DNA of 64,000 nucleotides from NCBI GenBank assembly GCA_951406725.2, contig OX597826.1, positions 76,818,001-76,882,000 of the forward strand, in the 5' to 3' direction. Shown here in pieces: positions 1 through 13,439 of the stretch. The notes below the pieces were generated by a model that saw only the letters and a program-made list of their open reading frames with translations, made no database searches and was not told the origin of the DNA. Position numbers and translations under genes: made by a program. Within the stretch, counting starts at the first letter, position 1; every line of letters starts with the position of its first letter. This DNA is from Octopus vulgaris. Its lineage: Eukaryota.

Positions 1-90
1 ACGGAATTTGAACTTAGAACGTAGCGGCAGACGAAACACGGCTACGCATTTCGCCCAGCCTGCTTACGATTCTGCCAGCTCGCCGCCCTA
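1..90 (-). mobile_element. tRNA-derived SINE family A, 5' head; copy runs off the window start
   Basis: Minus strand reads GGCGGCGAGCTGGCAGAATCGT (box A-like) ... AGTTCAAATTCCG (box B-like); matches copies at 4390, 27054, 39964. Confidence 0.8.
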
Positions 91-741
91 AAAAAGCAGA
101 TGTATAATTAACCACGTGATATAGCTGCTTAATATGCTAGAATAACAGCGACGTATCCTCCACATCAAACCCTATAATTTTGATGGACAAAAACAACTTT
201 AAACAGTAAGTGTAAGGAGCTCAGTCAGCAAGTCATCAGGGAAATTAACTAAACTGGCTTGATTTTAGTCCTTCTTCAGTTCTGGACCTGGCGATCGTCA
301 AAATCACAAAACAAGTGGCTGTGCGCGAACTGACGCCTTGTCTGTTGATGGTCTGATATGCAATCGACTATATTTTCGCAGATAAGTGATATAAATCACA
401 GGAACCTCCAAAATTTAACGAATTTAATATGGTCCACATATGACCATTCCAGCACTCAAGAGACAAACTATACATCCATTCGGTACGCTAGAAACAGAAG
501 CATAATTTCGCTTAAACTACATTTATTTCACTGGAAAAAAAAGTAAAGATTAAATTAAATTATAAAGATCTGTGTGCATTAAATGAAAGCTGAACTTTTC
601 ACAGCCGACTCGTCTGTGTTCAAATATATTAAACCGAAGAATTAGCCATAACAACTTTGTAGCAAAGCCAAAATGCATTTCTTATTCTAACAATGTTAAT
701 ACAGAAACCTAAAACGCCAGAATAAATATTGGTTTCTAATT

Positions 742-940
742 TTTAGCACAAGGCCAGCAATTTCGAGTGAAGTGGGTCAGTCGATTACATCGACCCCAGT
801 GCTCAACTGTTACTTATTTAATCTACATCAAAAAGATAAAAGGCGAAGTCTACCTAGGCGGAATTTGAACTCAGAAGATGGATAAAATGCCGCTAAGCAT
901 TAGCCTGGCGTGCTTACCATTTTAGCAGCTTGTCGGTTTA
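742..940 (-). mobile_element. SINE family A, diverged copy
   Basis: gcacaaggcc...gtcgattacatcgaccccagt...ggcggaatttgaactcagaa...ccgctaagcatt, colinear with other family A copies. Confidence 0.75.
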
Positions 941-1962
941 ACCTGAATAAATATTAGACGGTAATTACAATCTTATCGCCAGGCCCAGGATATTACCAGC
1001 TTTACTTAAACCTCCATTACGGTCATTTACCTGAAGACAACAAATATACTTTTTCTTTCTTTTTCTTTTCTTTTCTTTTTTTTTTGTCTTTGTTTGCATT
1101 TCATTTTTCATTTTCTCCTCTTATTTACTTCAGCTGAAAGTTTCAGCAAGATATATGCTGAGATATTTAATGAAAGAACATTACTAGAGCTGATTTTTTA
1201 AAAACTTTGTCTTTACTATTTTTTGTTTTTCTTTCTTTTTTGTTTCTATTTGGATTTTTTTTTTTTATCTATTGACTTTTCGTTTTAAATTTATAATTTA
1301 TGTGTTTGTGATTACGGCAAATATATTGCCACTCTTCCATTTGGTTTTATGTTTAGCGCGGTTGGATATGAAAGCAATGACAGGAAAGTTTAAAACTTAA
1401 ATCTATTAATATAAGTGTCTGTTCTTTCATTCCAAACTCACCTAAATCTTAATTAGAGGAAGGAGAAAATACAAACAGAGTATTTAAAACGAAACACAAA
1501 TTAGGAATTACAATTAGAATCAGTGTAAAATGTATGTATATTCAAAAAGAAAAAAAAAAAAGGGGGAAGAAAGAAAGAAAGCCAAAAAGAAAGCAAGCTG
1601 TTCGCAATGAAATGATTTGAACCAGTATTGATTCTGTAACTTAAATAGACGGTGACATATAATTATAAAGAATATCCGAATAGAAGAGAAATAAACAAAA
1701 AAGTCATTGTTAGAGTCGTAAAAAAAATTATGCCAAAGATGAATGCACTTGGAGAAACATTGGAAATGGAATTAAAACAAAGTTGACGGCAATAAGTGAA
1801 AGTCTTAATTAGAAAATACATAAATTAAAAATGGTGTTACACATGGCTGAGTTGATAGTATGTCGGAGTGGCAGCTGGTAGATCGAGGTTTCGCCTCCAG
1901 CATCATGTCATTCATTACCTTTAATGTTATCATGGATTTTAGCCTCCCAAAGAAACCGCTGG

Positions 1963-2139
1963 TATGGCTATGCTTTAAGAACTGTAAGACGTTTGCTTCC
2001 TAAGCACATGGTTCCAGGTTCAGTCCCACTGCGTGGCACCTTGGGGATATGTCGTCTACTTTAGCCTCGGGCCGATTAAGGACTTGTGCGGGAATTTGGT
2101 AGACGGAAGCTGAAAGAAACATGTCGCGTATGTGTGTGC

Positions 2140-2182
<43 letters not shown>

Positions 2183-2310
2183 ATCAAATATATTCAATGA
2201 GAATACAGTATACTGAATTTCGAATAAATGCTCTTGGTAGGGAGATGTCTAAACCTTAAAGGTATTTAGACATTTAATAAGAGCGATTATATATTATAAA
2301 GTAAGAGCAG

Positions 2311-2383
<73 letters not shown>

Positions 2384-2815
2384 GGGTGGCCCAAAAGTCA
2401 CTAGACTTTTAGGATGAGTCCGCCTTTCTCAAGAACAAAATGGTGGCCATTTGAAGGATGTCAGTTTCAAAACTAATTGAAAATATTTTCCAAGTGTGTT
2501 TATTGATTATAGAAGATTAAATGTGAATATTTAATAAATAAAAGGGTGATTATATTTTTAAATGATCTAGTAATTTGTAAGATGGAGAACCCCATGCATA
2601 TGCATATGTGTGTGTATGTATGTATGTGTTTGTCACCCACTACAACGTAACAACAAGTACTAGTGTGTTTAAATTCCAGTAACTTAGGGGTTCAGCAAAA
2701 GAAACTAATAGAATAAATACCAGGTTTTAAAATGTAATAAGTACTGGGGTCTATTCGTTCGACTAAAATACTTCAAGGCGGTGTCCCAGGGTGGCCTCAG
2801 TCTAATGACTAAGAT
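1963..2815 (+). mobile_element. SINE family B (CORE-like), split by nested insertions
   Basis: Head 1963-2130 (ggttcagtcccactgcgtggcaccttggg) and tail ~2625-2815 (taacttagggg...aaggcggtg...cagtctaatgact) match the intact copy at 41903-42305; (TA)n tracts and a mariner-like piece lie between them. Confidence 0.75.
2381..2580 (+). mobile_element. Tc1/mariner-like non-autonomous remnant
   Basis: Starts in (TA)n with agggtggcccaaaagtcactaga; partial inverted match tctagtaattt near 2567; contains aatggtggccatttgaa (NGGH.E-like transposase C-terminus). Confidence 0.55.
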
Positions 2816-3874
2816 ATTTATACAGCACACCAGTACTCTGTACTCCATTTTGATACGATACAATTTACAACGATCCTTCTTCTATATTTACCTCTTTATA
2901 CAAGTTCCTTCCTTTAGATTTTGTTTCTGCATCCAATTCCTGTCAGAAGTAATCAAAAACCATTTGAATCGCTGCTTCAATACCTATTTCAAATATGATA
3001 TTTTTGTTGATTATTGTTGCCCGATTTCTGTTGTTAAGTTGGAATTGCCATTATTGTCGTCTCTTGTTGGTTGTTGTTTGCGTTGTTGATGTTGTTTAGT
3101 TCAGATCAACTCTTATTGAAAGCTTAGATCTCTTTGTTGTTTCGTAAACCAAAGCCGAGCTTGATCCCATTTCCTTCTTTAAGACAGCGGGTTGGGATTT
3201 GAAAGGGATTTCACCATAATTTCTAGAAATTGTAATGTAAAGTAGAAACATTTTCGTTGGTTGAAGCCGGCATTTACAAACACGGGGTACGTCTCCGTCG
3301 TTGATCAAACAACATTCAACTCTTTTCAGACACAAACACACACACACATATACACATCACACCACACGTACGCATACACACACAGATATATATACGCGCA
3401 ACACACGTATATAGAGAGAGTTAGTAGCGACTGCTATACAAACACACATACACACACACACACGTCAGTCAAAATGATTTGTTAATTCTTACAGAGTTGG
3501 AGTGTATCAGTTCTGAAGCGTATCATGAAATATTTAACAATTTCAGAACTATGATTCTTGACTGTCAGATAGAAATGAGACAAATGTACAACAAAACTTG
3601 TTCCACACAGAAGAGATACGGCAAATGTCTTAGTACCATCCGGGTCCGTGCATAATTTCGTTGAGGATATTTGCGATTTGATTTCCTTCGCGTGACCAAA
3701 ACATTTTCAGAGCTAGCCAGTGTTATATAACGGGAACCAGCAAGCAGTCCTGAAGCGACACAAGACCGGACAAAGAAAGAAAACAAAATAGTCATTTACT
3801 GAGTTTGTCCAAAATAGTTTAAGCTTCCATCTTAAATGTTTTTCCCAGGAGAATAATTTAAACATCTGGTTTGG

Positions 3875-4020
3875 CAGGCGTTGCTGCCGTAGGAGGTTAA
3901 TTTAACAAGAATACGGTTCAAGGTCGAGTTCCACTATCTGACACTTTGGTCAAATATCTTCTAATATAGCCTCCGGCAGAGCAAAGCCTTTGTGAATTCA
4001 TTTGGTAGGCGGAAGCTGCT
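3875..4020 (+). mobile_element. SINE family B head, diverged
   Basis: acggttcaaggtcgagttccact...actttggtcaaatatcttctaatatagcctc...tttggtaggcggaagctg. Confidence 0.6.
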
Positions 4021-4190
4021 AATAGAAATTTAATAGTAGTCTCTAATGAAATCTCAAATACTTTTAATATAAAAACAAATTTAGAAATTCAAAGATAAAA
4101 TAAACGTTAACTTTAATATGGATTAAAATCAGAGACTACTTACTCCTTCAAAAATCTGCGTGTAAACATCAAGATTATGATCTTAACTCG

Positions 4191-4388
4191 ATGAATACTT
4201 TATGGTTAATTATTCCATTTGGTAAACAAGTAAATTATAATTTTTCCAAATTGCTTAATATAGCAATTGAAAAATATCTTCCAATCAATCATAAACATAG
4301 AATTTTTAATAAATGTAAGATTCGCATAGCTTATTGTCTTAACAAAAAGGATTGTACAAATTATAGCAACATATGATGTTAAAATAAT
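4191..4388 (+). pseudogene. Penelope-like element RT/GIY-YIG linker fragment
   Basis: LWLIIPFGKQV...IEKYLPINHKHRIFNKCKIRIAYC resembles the PLE motif IWFNPP.S..V...KHFP..H...IFN...K+SYSC (recognised by eye). Confidence 0.55.
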
Positions 4389-4389
4389 C

Positions 4390-4602
4390 TTTTCTACTCA
4401 AGGCACAAGGCCCGAAATTATGAGGAAGGGGGCCAGTCGATTAGATCGCTCCCAGTACGCAGCTGGTACTTAATGTATCGCCCCCAAAGGATGAAAGGCA
4501 AAGTCGACCTCGGCGGAATTTGAACTTAGAACGTGAAGACAGACGAAATACCGCTAAGAATTTCGCTGAACGTGGTAACGTTTCTGCCAGCTTGCCGCCT
4601 TT
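4390..4602 (-). mobile_element. SINE family A, full length (tRNA head plus Meta-domain-like core)
   Basis: Box A/B head; minus-strand core resembling gactttgcctttcatcc...aagtaccag; imperfect TSD atgt(t/c)aaaataat on both sides. Confidence 0.85.
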
Positions 4603-5158
4603 GTAATGTCAAAATAATATCGAAATATGATTTGGCTTTCATCTCCTACTGAGTTGAGCCAGAGGCTGAGGCCAGGCTATATTTCAGTGTATTCTGGAAA
4701 AAACATTTCACTATTATTTCAAGAAAGTCAAGTTGTTGCGTAAGGCTTCCTTGTTTCAGTAAAGGAATAGCGAAGGTGAATGGTGAGTAACTGCCGGTGG
4801 AGGTGAATGTATTATGGTGGCATTTGTGTGTAAAGTGGAATAATCTGTGAATAAATTTGTAGGAAGAGGGCAAAATTTGGGAGAAGTAAGAGAAATGAGT
4901 TGAATGAAAATTGTGTAGGGGTGAGGCAGAAAGGGAGAACGTCGATGGGGAAATGACATTGTTGGACAAGGCAATGATCGGTATGAGGTAGTCGATTAGG
5001 TTGAGGGAGGCAGGAGTGGACAATGGTGTAGTTGTGGAGAATGGATGAGAGAAGAAAGTAGTTGGAGAGCAGGATTCAGTTGAGATACGATGTAGCCAGA
5101 ATGTTGGTTGTTTTGTCCTTGCGCTGTTTCAAAGGGAACCGACGTCCGCGAGTGAATT

Positions 5159-5273
5159 ATACATACACACATACATACATACATACATACATACATACAT
5201 ACATACATACATACATACATACATACATACATACATACATACATACATACACACGCACACATACATACATACA

Positions 5274-5307
<34 letters not shown>

Positions 5308-5353
5308 CATACATACATACATACATGCATACATACATGCATACATACATACA

Positions 5354-5387
<34 letters not shown>

Positions 5388-5462
5388 CATACATACATAC
5401 ATACATACATACATACATACATACATACATACATACATACATACATACATACATACATACAT
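5159..5462. repeat. (CATA)n microsatellite
   Basis: Directly visible, ~300 bp. Confidence 0.97.
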
Positions 5463-6000
5463 CATAAGCAGTTGTCCGAAAATGTCATCACGGCATTATC
5501 TTCCGATGAGACATGTTGTAGCTAGGACACTCGATAATAAGATCTGTTGGAAGGATAATCCCAAGGACAAAGAAATAAGAACCCACAATATGGTGGAATC
5601 CATAGCCACTCATGATGAAAAGGAATACTGGCGGAATGTCCCAGTGAAGACCTTAATAAAATGTAAGCGCAACAGACCTGATATAATGATTTGGGATAGA
5701 GAAGAGAAACTGTACACAGTTGAAGAAATTAGCTTCCCAGCAGATGTTAACATGAAGCTGAAGACCAGTGAAAAAGAGAACTATTGAGAAATCTGTAGTT
5801 GCTCTATCCAGATTACATGTTCAGGTTTATACCTGTAATTATTGAGGCTCTGGGATATGTAACACACTGCTTAAATACCAATCTTGAGAAATTAGGCTTC
5901 TCAAAACCATAAAGGAGAACGCTAATTCGAAGGCTACGGATCCAGTTCATCACTAGAACTGTAAAAATCTGTAAAACTTTCCAGAAGTTTATCCTTTAGA
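5461..6000 (+). pseudogene. 3' end of a restriction-like-endonuclease (R4/Dong-type) non-LTR retrotransposon, 5'-truncated
   Basis: IISSC...Y..RH.VA (end of CCHC knuckle and RH motif), NRPDIMIWD...EIS.P.D.N...K..EK..Y (PD..D/E..K nuclease), then after a frameshift IPVIIEALG...LEKLG...TVKICKTF. Confidence 0.85.
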
Positions 6001-6138
6001 TATATATGAGCATGTCTAGATTTGTAACTATATGTATGAGAATACATACATAAATCATACAAATCTGCACATATATACATACATACAGACACAAACACAC
6101 ACACAATCACATATATATGTACATAAATGTATGTATGT

Positions 6139-6197
<59 letters not shown>

Positions 6198-6207
6198 TGT
6201 ATGTAGG

Positions 6208-6254
<47 letters not shown>

Positions 6255-6531
6255 ATTTACTTTTAATTGGTTATTCCTACAATCGTATGTTTGTGTTTCT
6301 ACTGAATATTGTCAAATTACACTTTATGTAATTTTCGATAACACATATCTGGAACGTAAAAGATTGGACGCAAATGCTTAAAATGTTTTTGAATTCAGAT
6401 CAGTTGGATCAAACATCAGAAACGAAGAGCTTTGGCAAGGGAGTCTCAGCGTCGTGCGTAGTTCTTCTTGAAATGGTGAACCTCTTCCAAAACATAGGAT
6501 ACCAACTTCAAAAATGGTGGAGGTAAATTAA

Positions 6532-6880
6532 CCCTTTAAACCCCTGATATCCGTTGTCCTCGGCACCCTCACCCCAGCTTCCTTGGGTAAAAGAGCCCAA
6601 AAATAAATAAATAAATGATTTCCCACCTAATATTGTTTCAGTGTCAGTAAAATGTGTTTTCTGTCTCTTATATTGAAATAAGTTGCCAAATAGAGGGCAG
6701 CACTGTCCGTATCACTTCTTTTTTTTTGTTTTATCGCCAATACTGGCGCTTGTGGTGCCAGTCGAACTAACAGTTACTGTCTCGTTTTCCAATGTAGAAA
6801 ATACTGACCAATAAACCGGCCGCTGGGGTATTTGTATCTGCGGCTGGCAGCCAGAATAGCGGGCGCTGGGGTTTTTAGGG
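6532..6880. mobile_element. piggyBac-like MITE
   Basis: TTAA at 6528-6531 and 6881-6884; TIRs ccctttaaacccc / ggggtttttaggg (11 of 13 match); CCC...GGG termini. Confidence 0.75.
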
Positions 6881-7462
6881 TTAAATAATGTAGTTTCGAA
6901 TATAGTGCGACAGAAAAATGTACGACGAAATGGTCACATCTGGAATGTCCTTGATCACAAGTGTGTTCAATTGAAATTGTCTTAAGGTTAAGCGATAGCC
7001 AAAATGGCGTAGTTTAATCAAGCTAAAAGCCAAACCGGCAGACATCAGACGTCAATAAGCAAGCAGTCAGATCAAGCAGAAAACGATAGCAGCGACCAAA
7101 ATATTGTTGGACATTGTCAAAAATAATTAGATTCCTTCTTGTCAAAGAACTATTCAGTTCTCTTGAAATTTTTGTCGTTTTCCATCTTTTGTCGCCTTGA
7201 AGGAGATGTGAAAGTTGCGGCGATGAAAGTTAGGGAAACATTTATGGAAGGGTTAAAAGGTCCAGGGAAATTAGCGACAACTTCATAAATTTGGTTAATC
7301 AATCATTAAATATGGTGAAAGAATAGGAACAGAGAGTGGAGGAAGGGGGGGGGGAGAGTGGGGAGGAGGCAGAAAAAGCAAAAAGCAAAAAGAGAGGAAT
7401 AGAAAGGAGGAAGTGATATACGAACATAGGAGAGAGAGAGCAGGGAGAGGAGAAAGATCAGG

Positions 7463-7725
7463 AGAAGAAGAAGAAGAAGAAGAAGAAGAAGAAGAAGAAG
7501 AAGAAGAAGAAGAAGAAGAAGAAGAAGAAGAAGAAGAAGAAGAAATACAATGCAATAAATGGTTGTAGAATAATAGACAAACAAGACAAATATAAATAAA
7601 CAATGAGAGTCAGGGATGCATGAATAGATAAAGAGAGAGAGAAGCAGGCAGACAGACAGACAGACATACAGACATACATACAGACAGACAGACAGACAGA
7701 CAGACAGAGTGACAGACAGAGTGAC

Positions 7726-7794
<69 letters not shown>

Positions 7795-7938
7795 CATACA
7801 TACATACATACATACATACATACATACATACATACATACATACATACATACGTACATAGACATACAGCCACGCAGGCTTGCAGGCAGACAGGCTGAGAGT
7901 CAGAAAGGCAAGCCAGATATAAATATATATATATATAT

Positions 7939-7975
<37 letters not shown>
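7463..7975. repeat. Compound microsatellite (GAA)n, (GACA)n, (GATA)n, (CATA)n, (TA)n, (GA)n
   Basis: Directly visible. Confidence 0.95.
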
Positions 7976-7977
<2 letters not shown>

Positions 7978-8093
7978 CTGTGCAAGCATGCGTATGCATG
8001 AATGTATCGAAGACATAAAGCTAAAAGTGTGGTTAACAATATCAAATGTTTTCGGGCTACGAATAGTTTCTGTTAATGCTCTCACACTCCAAC

Positions 8094-8200
8094 GCGGTGA
8101 ACTGGCGGAGTCGGTAACACACCAAGCGAACTGCTTAGCAGCATTTCGTCGGTCCTTGCGTTCTAAGCTCAAATTCCGACGAGGTCAACTTTGACAGTTC
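8094..8200 (+). mobile_element. SINE family A head, diverged
   Basis: gcggtgaactggcggagtcggtaac...gctcaaattccgacgaggtcaacttt. Confidence 0.65.
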
Positions 8201-8741
8201 CATTTCAGACGATTGCAAAAACGGTGGAAAAAATATCAATGTTAATTTATTTATACATTTGGGGAAGTCTATGTCTCTATTATCAGACACTTGCCAAAAA
8301 CAAATACGTTGAAAAAAAAACTTCAAAACTCTGCAAAAACCCAGTACAAATTCTTCATGGTTTAAAACGTTGCTTACTTTTTACTCAACCAGATATTTAT
8401 CGTCAAACTTCTTTCAGCTATTGCAGTTATTTACCTATTTCTTTATTTGCAGTACTGTCTCTTGAGACGACTATTCTATAAAAGTTATTTTGATTTAAAT
8501 CAACAGCATATTTGTCCCTTTTTAAACAATATTCAAAAGCTTCAAATACTTCCTTAAAAAAATGGAGGAAAACTTTAATATTGTTAGTTTCTTAAAAGAG
8601 GGTATCACAATAACTGAGTATTCAATCTTTAAACTGTTATTAAAGAATTGCGGTTTAGAGATTACAAAACATGGCTTTTTGATAATTGTGTATAAACATA
8701 CATTCATACACACATACATACACACATGTATATAAACATAT

Positions 8742-9131
8742 GTGGAGGCGCAATGGCCCAGTGGTTAGGGCAGCGGACTCGCGGTCATAGGATCGCGGTT
8801 TCGATTCCCAGACCGGGCGTTGTGAGTGTTTATTGAGCGAAAACACCTAAAAAAAGCTCCACGAGGCTCCGGCAGGGGATGGTGATGATCCCTGCTGTAC
8901 TCTTTCACCACAACTTTCTCTCATTCTTACTTCCTGTTTCTGTTGTACCTGTATTTCAAGGGGCCGGCCTTGTCACATTCTGTGTCACGCTGAATATCTC
9001 CGAGAACTACGTTAATGGTACACGTGTCTGTGGAGTGCTCAGCCACTCACACGTTAATTTCACGAGCAGGCTGTTCGTTGATTCGGATCAACCGGAACCC
9101 TCGTCGTCGTAACCGACGGAGTACTTCCATC
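8742..9131 (+). mobile_element. tRNA-derived SINE family C, full length
   Basis: Box A tggcccagtggttag, box B ggtttcgattccc; TSD ataaacatat at 8732-8741 and 9132-9141; near-identical inverted copy at 19747-20134. Confidence 0.9.
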
Positions 9132-9247
9132 ATAAACATATATATTTGTATGAGTATTATAGGTACATAGCGTATAAACCATACACGCATGGACACGCAT
9201 ATCTATATGCAGTTGTGTGTGTACTTGTGTGTGTTTGTGATTGTGTG

Positions 9248-9287
<40 letters not shown>

Positions 9288-11159
9288 GAGGTGTGTGTAT
9301 ACACACATAGTATTTTCTTCTCAATTCCAAACACAAAAAAAAAAATTGTTCAACTCCAATCTCTCTGAGTGATGAAGTCTTATCACTTCCTTTACTCATC
9401 GCATTTTAAAGAGATTCAACGGAATGGTCGATAAATGAATTTACTGGCATTTTATAGTCACACCTCCTACCAGCCGACCGTTTACTTTCTTTGGATAATC
9501 GCAAAAGTGTTTTCTATGGTGCAAACAAAGCATACAAACGTACAAAAGTACAAAAGTACAAAAAAAATAATTTCTCTCTCTCTCTCTCTCACTGTCTACG
9601 ATTTCCTTTAAACATAACATATGCATTAAGTAAACCGCTGGGTCACAAGTAGGGAAGCTGGATGAATTCCTCTGTAGTGCAACTGTGTGTGGCGGCGTGA
9701 GAGCTATCCTTTATATCAAATATATTCTCTCATCAGCTGTATATTCAGACTAAAGTGAGCAACATTTCCTGATGGAGTTCCAACAAGATCCTTCATAAAG
9801 TGCAAAAATGCCCTGCCCTGCTCTGACACCTTAGAAACATCACTGACCATCCATTCCAGAACACTTGTGTGATGTTTAACGGAACTTACTATGTAAACTA
9901 ACCATCATGAAAGCATTTGAGTTACTTTTCGTCAACTTCAATACTCGTAGTCCGCCCTTCACATTTCGATTTACGCCCAACATATGCTATTTATGGGGAA
10001 GGGTTTAAAGTAGATAAAAAAAAATTACCGGTCAGTATCTTTCATTTCACTTGTTATGTCTTGGAACGAATTATCAAGGAAATTGTTTACGTTTGTACTG
10101 ATATTTAATAAACACAATCTCTGTTTGTATAGAATGTGCTGTACACAGAACCGGCTTCTCATCAAGTCAATTATAGATGTTGATCGTAGATTGCAATTAT
10201 ACGAGCTACATGACTGTAGCATAATTAACAGAATAGGGAAGTGGGTGCTTGGTGTTTTAAAAGACAGATGTGGTGCTGTAAACGATGCCCTTTCAAAAAG
10301 AGCAATTTTTCTGGCATCTTCTACAGGTAAACCATCGACGTACGTTTTGCTCCGTATTCTTTTGGAGCCTACTAGCGACGTTGAAAGTGGGTTCTGTTGT
10401 TCTGACAAAAATTTGATCGTTATACACCCAGGTGAGGCTTCTTTCCTGAAGAGGTCAGTTCCCTGCCACTGAGAAAAGTCGTAGTAACAGCGTATCATAG
10501 CACGGTCGGATTGGGTTACACTGGAGCTCAAATTCTGACTGACCTATAGTGCCAAATCCTTTAAAGGTGACGAAAGATGAATTAGTAAAGACATGTGAAT
10601 TGCTAAGTCAGTAAAGTGTCGGACAATATCACTCGAGGTTATTAATTTCAGCTCTTTATATTCTGGCGATATAAACAGACAAACCTACTTATAGGAGAGT
10701 TTTTTCTCATGGTATCTACCGCAGTAAAGTTTGATTTAACACAACTTTCACATTTTAGTGAGAATAAACATTAATGTTAACTTCCTCTGATTTCTCTAAA
10801 GTCTTAAAACAAAGTCCCAGGCCATTTATAGTGGGCCATTTAATTGACTATACCCGTTCCAAACAATTGACTCGTTCTTTTATTAACATATTTAGCATTG
10901 ACTAAATATTCAACGTAGGCTGTTTGTAGTTCTTTGTATAATTTGAAGTAATTTTACAAGTGTATAATAATGCAGTGATTCGAATAGTTTTATGCTATTA
11001 CGATTTATTTGAATTCTAAGACAAATTTTCCAACATCACTCTTAAGAATTTTATGATCTCACTCGCTCATATTTAAAAGTATATCAGAGTTTAATGCTCT
11101 TCGGTTTTTGTTGTTCCTGCTGTTGTTGTTGCTGTGCTGCAAACACGATTATGTGGATC

Positions 11160-11286
11160 GGTGGTGGTGTAGGTAGTCGTACTGACGGCGGCGGAGGCGG
11201 TGGTGGTGGTGGTGGCGGCGGTGGTGGTGATGATGATTGATGATAATGATGGTAATTGATGATAACGATGATGATTATGATGACAT

Positions 11287-11332
<46 letters not shown>

Positions 11333-11334
11333 AC

Positions 11335-11367
<33 letters not shown>

Positions 11368-12300
11368 CGACGATGACGACGACTCAGATGTTTCATCTGG
11401 CTCTCTTTCACTTTGATGTCGATATTGTCATCGTTTTTAATCTGAACGTTGCTGTTGTTGTTCTTGTAATTGTTGTTGCTGATATTGTTGCTAATGATGA
11501 TGATGATGATGACGACGACGTTGATGATGATGAGGATGATGATCATCATCATTATCATTATCATGACGACGACGACGACGACGGCGGCGGCGACGATGCT
11601 GATGTGATCAGTCCGTATGAATATCACAGACAGCGCCCTCTCTCGTTTGATATACAACCACTAAATGATGTATGACGTTATGAAATATTCAAACAATCAC
11701 TGGGCTGTTATTACAGCTGATATAACTCTACTCCGTCATTTGAAATGCCGGACAATGGATGCGGCGGCGGTGGTGGTGGTGGTGGTGGTGGTGGTGGTCG
11801 CAGTCATAGTGTTAACGCTTTCGGCAGTGGTGGCGGCGGCGGCGGCGATGGAATTGTTCTTTATGTCGATGTTGGTGATGGAGTTATTGCCATTTGGTGT
11901 AGTTGATGAAGGTGGCAGTGAAAATTGCGGTGGTGGTGGTTGTGCTAGTGGTGGTGGTGGTGGTGGTGGTGGTGCTAGCGGTGGTGGTGGTTGTGCTGGT
12001 GGTGGTGGTTGTGCTAGTGGTGGTGGTGGTGGTGGTGGTGGTGGTGGTGATTGTGCTAGTGGTGGTGGTGGTTGTGCTAGTGGTGGTGGTGGTGCTTGTG
12101 GTTGTGGTGGTGGTGGTAGTGGTGGTTGTGCTAGTGGTGGTGGTGGTGGTGGTGGTGGTGGTGGTGGTGGTGGTGGTGGTGGTGGTGGCGTGTTGGTGAC
12201 GGTGGCGGTGACGTGGTGGTGATGATGATGATGGTAGCATTGGCGGCGGCGGTGGTGGTGGTGATGATGCTGGCAGTGGCACTGGTGTAGATGTTGTTGT
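11160..12300. repeat. Degenerate trinucleotide tracts (GAT)n, (GAC)n, (GGT)n
   Basis: Directly visible; recurring ggtggtggttgtgctagt variant at 11930-12135. Confidence 0.9.
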
Positions 12301-12788
12301 TAGTGACTGCGAAGTTGCTAGTAGTTGTTTACATTGTTGTTCGTGTTAGTTTATGATTGTCCTAGTCACTGTTGTTTAACCAACCGCAACTCAGGTATGA
12401 TTGATCAGACTGATAATCAAAGGCATTCCAAACGTGCCCATCCCGTCTTTTCTTGCGTACAGGAGTATCAGAACAATATCGTCCAATGTGTTTTTTTCTA
12501 AGACTGAAGAGTTAAAATTCAGGGAAAATCGACAGTGATTTCTAGCAGCTAAGGTGACCATGTAGAGGCACCTTGATAATCGACGGAAGATGATGCTGGT
12601 GATGGTTCCATCGGTGCTTGTAGTAGTGGTAGCAGTGATGAGAGGTCAATGTGGATCGATCGGGTGGCTCTGTGGGTTGTTGTTATTATGGTGGCGTTTG
12701 CAGGGGTAGCAGGGGTAGTGGTGGGCGACGAGAAGAGAAGGGCGAGTAAATGTAATAAATGAGGCTAATTTGAAATAAAATCAAATGG

Positions 12789-12975
12789 AAGGAAGCGAGC
12801 TGGCAGGATTGTCGGCATGCCGGAAAAAATGCTTAGCGGCATTTCGTCCGGTTTTATTGTCTGATTTCAAATTCTGCCGAGGTCGATAAAACGAGTACCA
12901 GTCGAATACTGGGGTTGATGTAATCGATTTACCCTTCCACCGAAATTGCTGATCTAGTGCCAGCATTTGAAACCA
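12789..12975 (+). mobile_element. SINE family A, internally deleted
   Basis: gcgagctggcagga...ttcaaattctgccgaggtcgataaaacgagtaccag...actggggttgatgtaatcga. Confidence 0.7.
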
Positions 12976-13439
12976 ATTTCAAGTTCCAAAACATGAATTA
13001 AGATAACGACTGCAATAGCAGAAAACAAAAGCGACAAACTGTAAAGAGGAAAATGCTGTAGCATTGCCGTAACCTTCTAATAAAGCTAGAAAAAAAGAAT
13101 AAAAGAGTTGTCTGGTTCTGAGTGGCGAATGGTAAATATGGAGTGAAAGAATTCATCGACATTGCTGAATTGATTGCGTTTTGTCCATGTTACCGTTTTA
13201 TAAGGAATTAAATTGCTGAAAGCTCTCACACCAATTTTCACTGTATACATATAAATACCGAAGCAGATGCGCCCCACACACACAGATACATGAGCACACA
13301 AACACACATACATACATGAGGATGATGATGACGATGATGATGATGGCTGTGCACTCGTGACCGAGGTAGACCATCATCCTTGCAAAATGTATTTATCTAT
13401 GTATGTATTTAGTCATTGCTTTAAAACAGTTGATCTCTT

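Noticed and set aside
4996-5465. ORFs such as MYVC/HTYI, also YI, CV/HT, LSIY and poly-M/H elsewhere
   Set aside because: Microsatellite translations.
8744-8815. tRNA gene (also heads at 14780-14850, 20060-20132, 23654-23720)
   Set aside because: Box A/B heads run into SINE bodies, with TSDs at several copies; no proper acceptor stem.
11665-12222. Gly-rich structural protein with signal-like N-terminus (GGGCAS repeats)
   Set aside because: Translation of degenerate (GGT)n; all frames are open; no splice or codon evidence.
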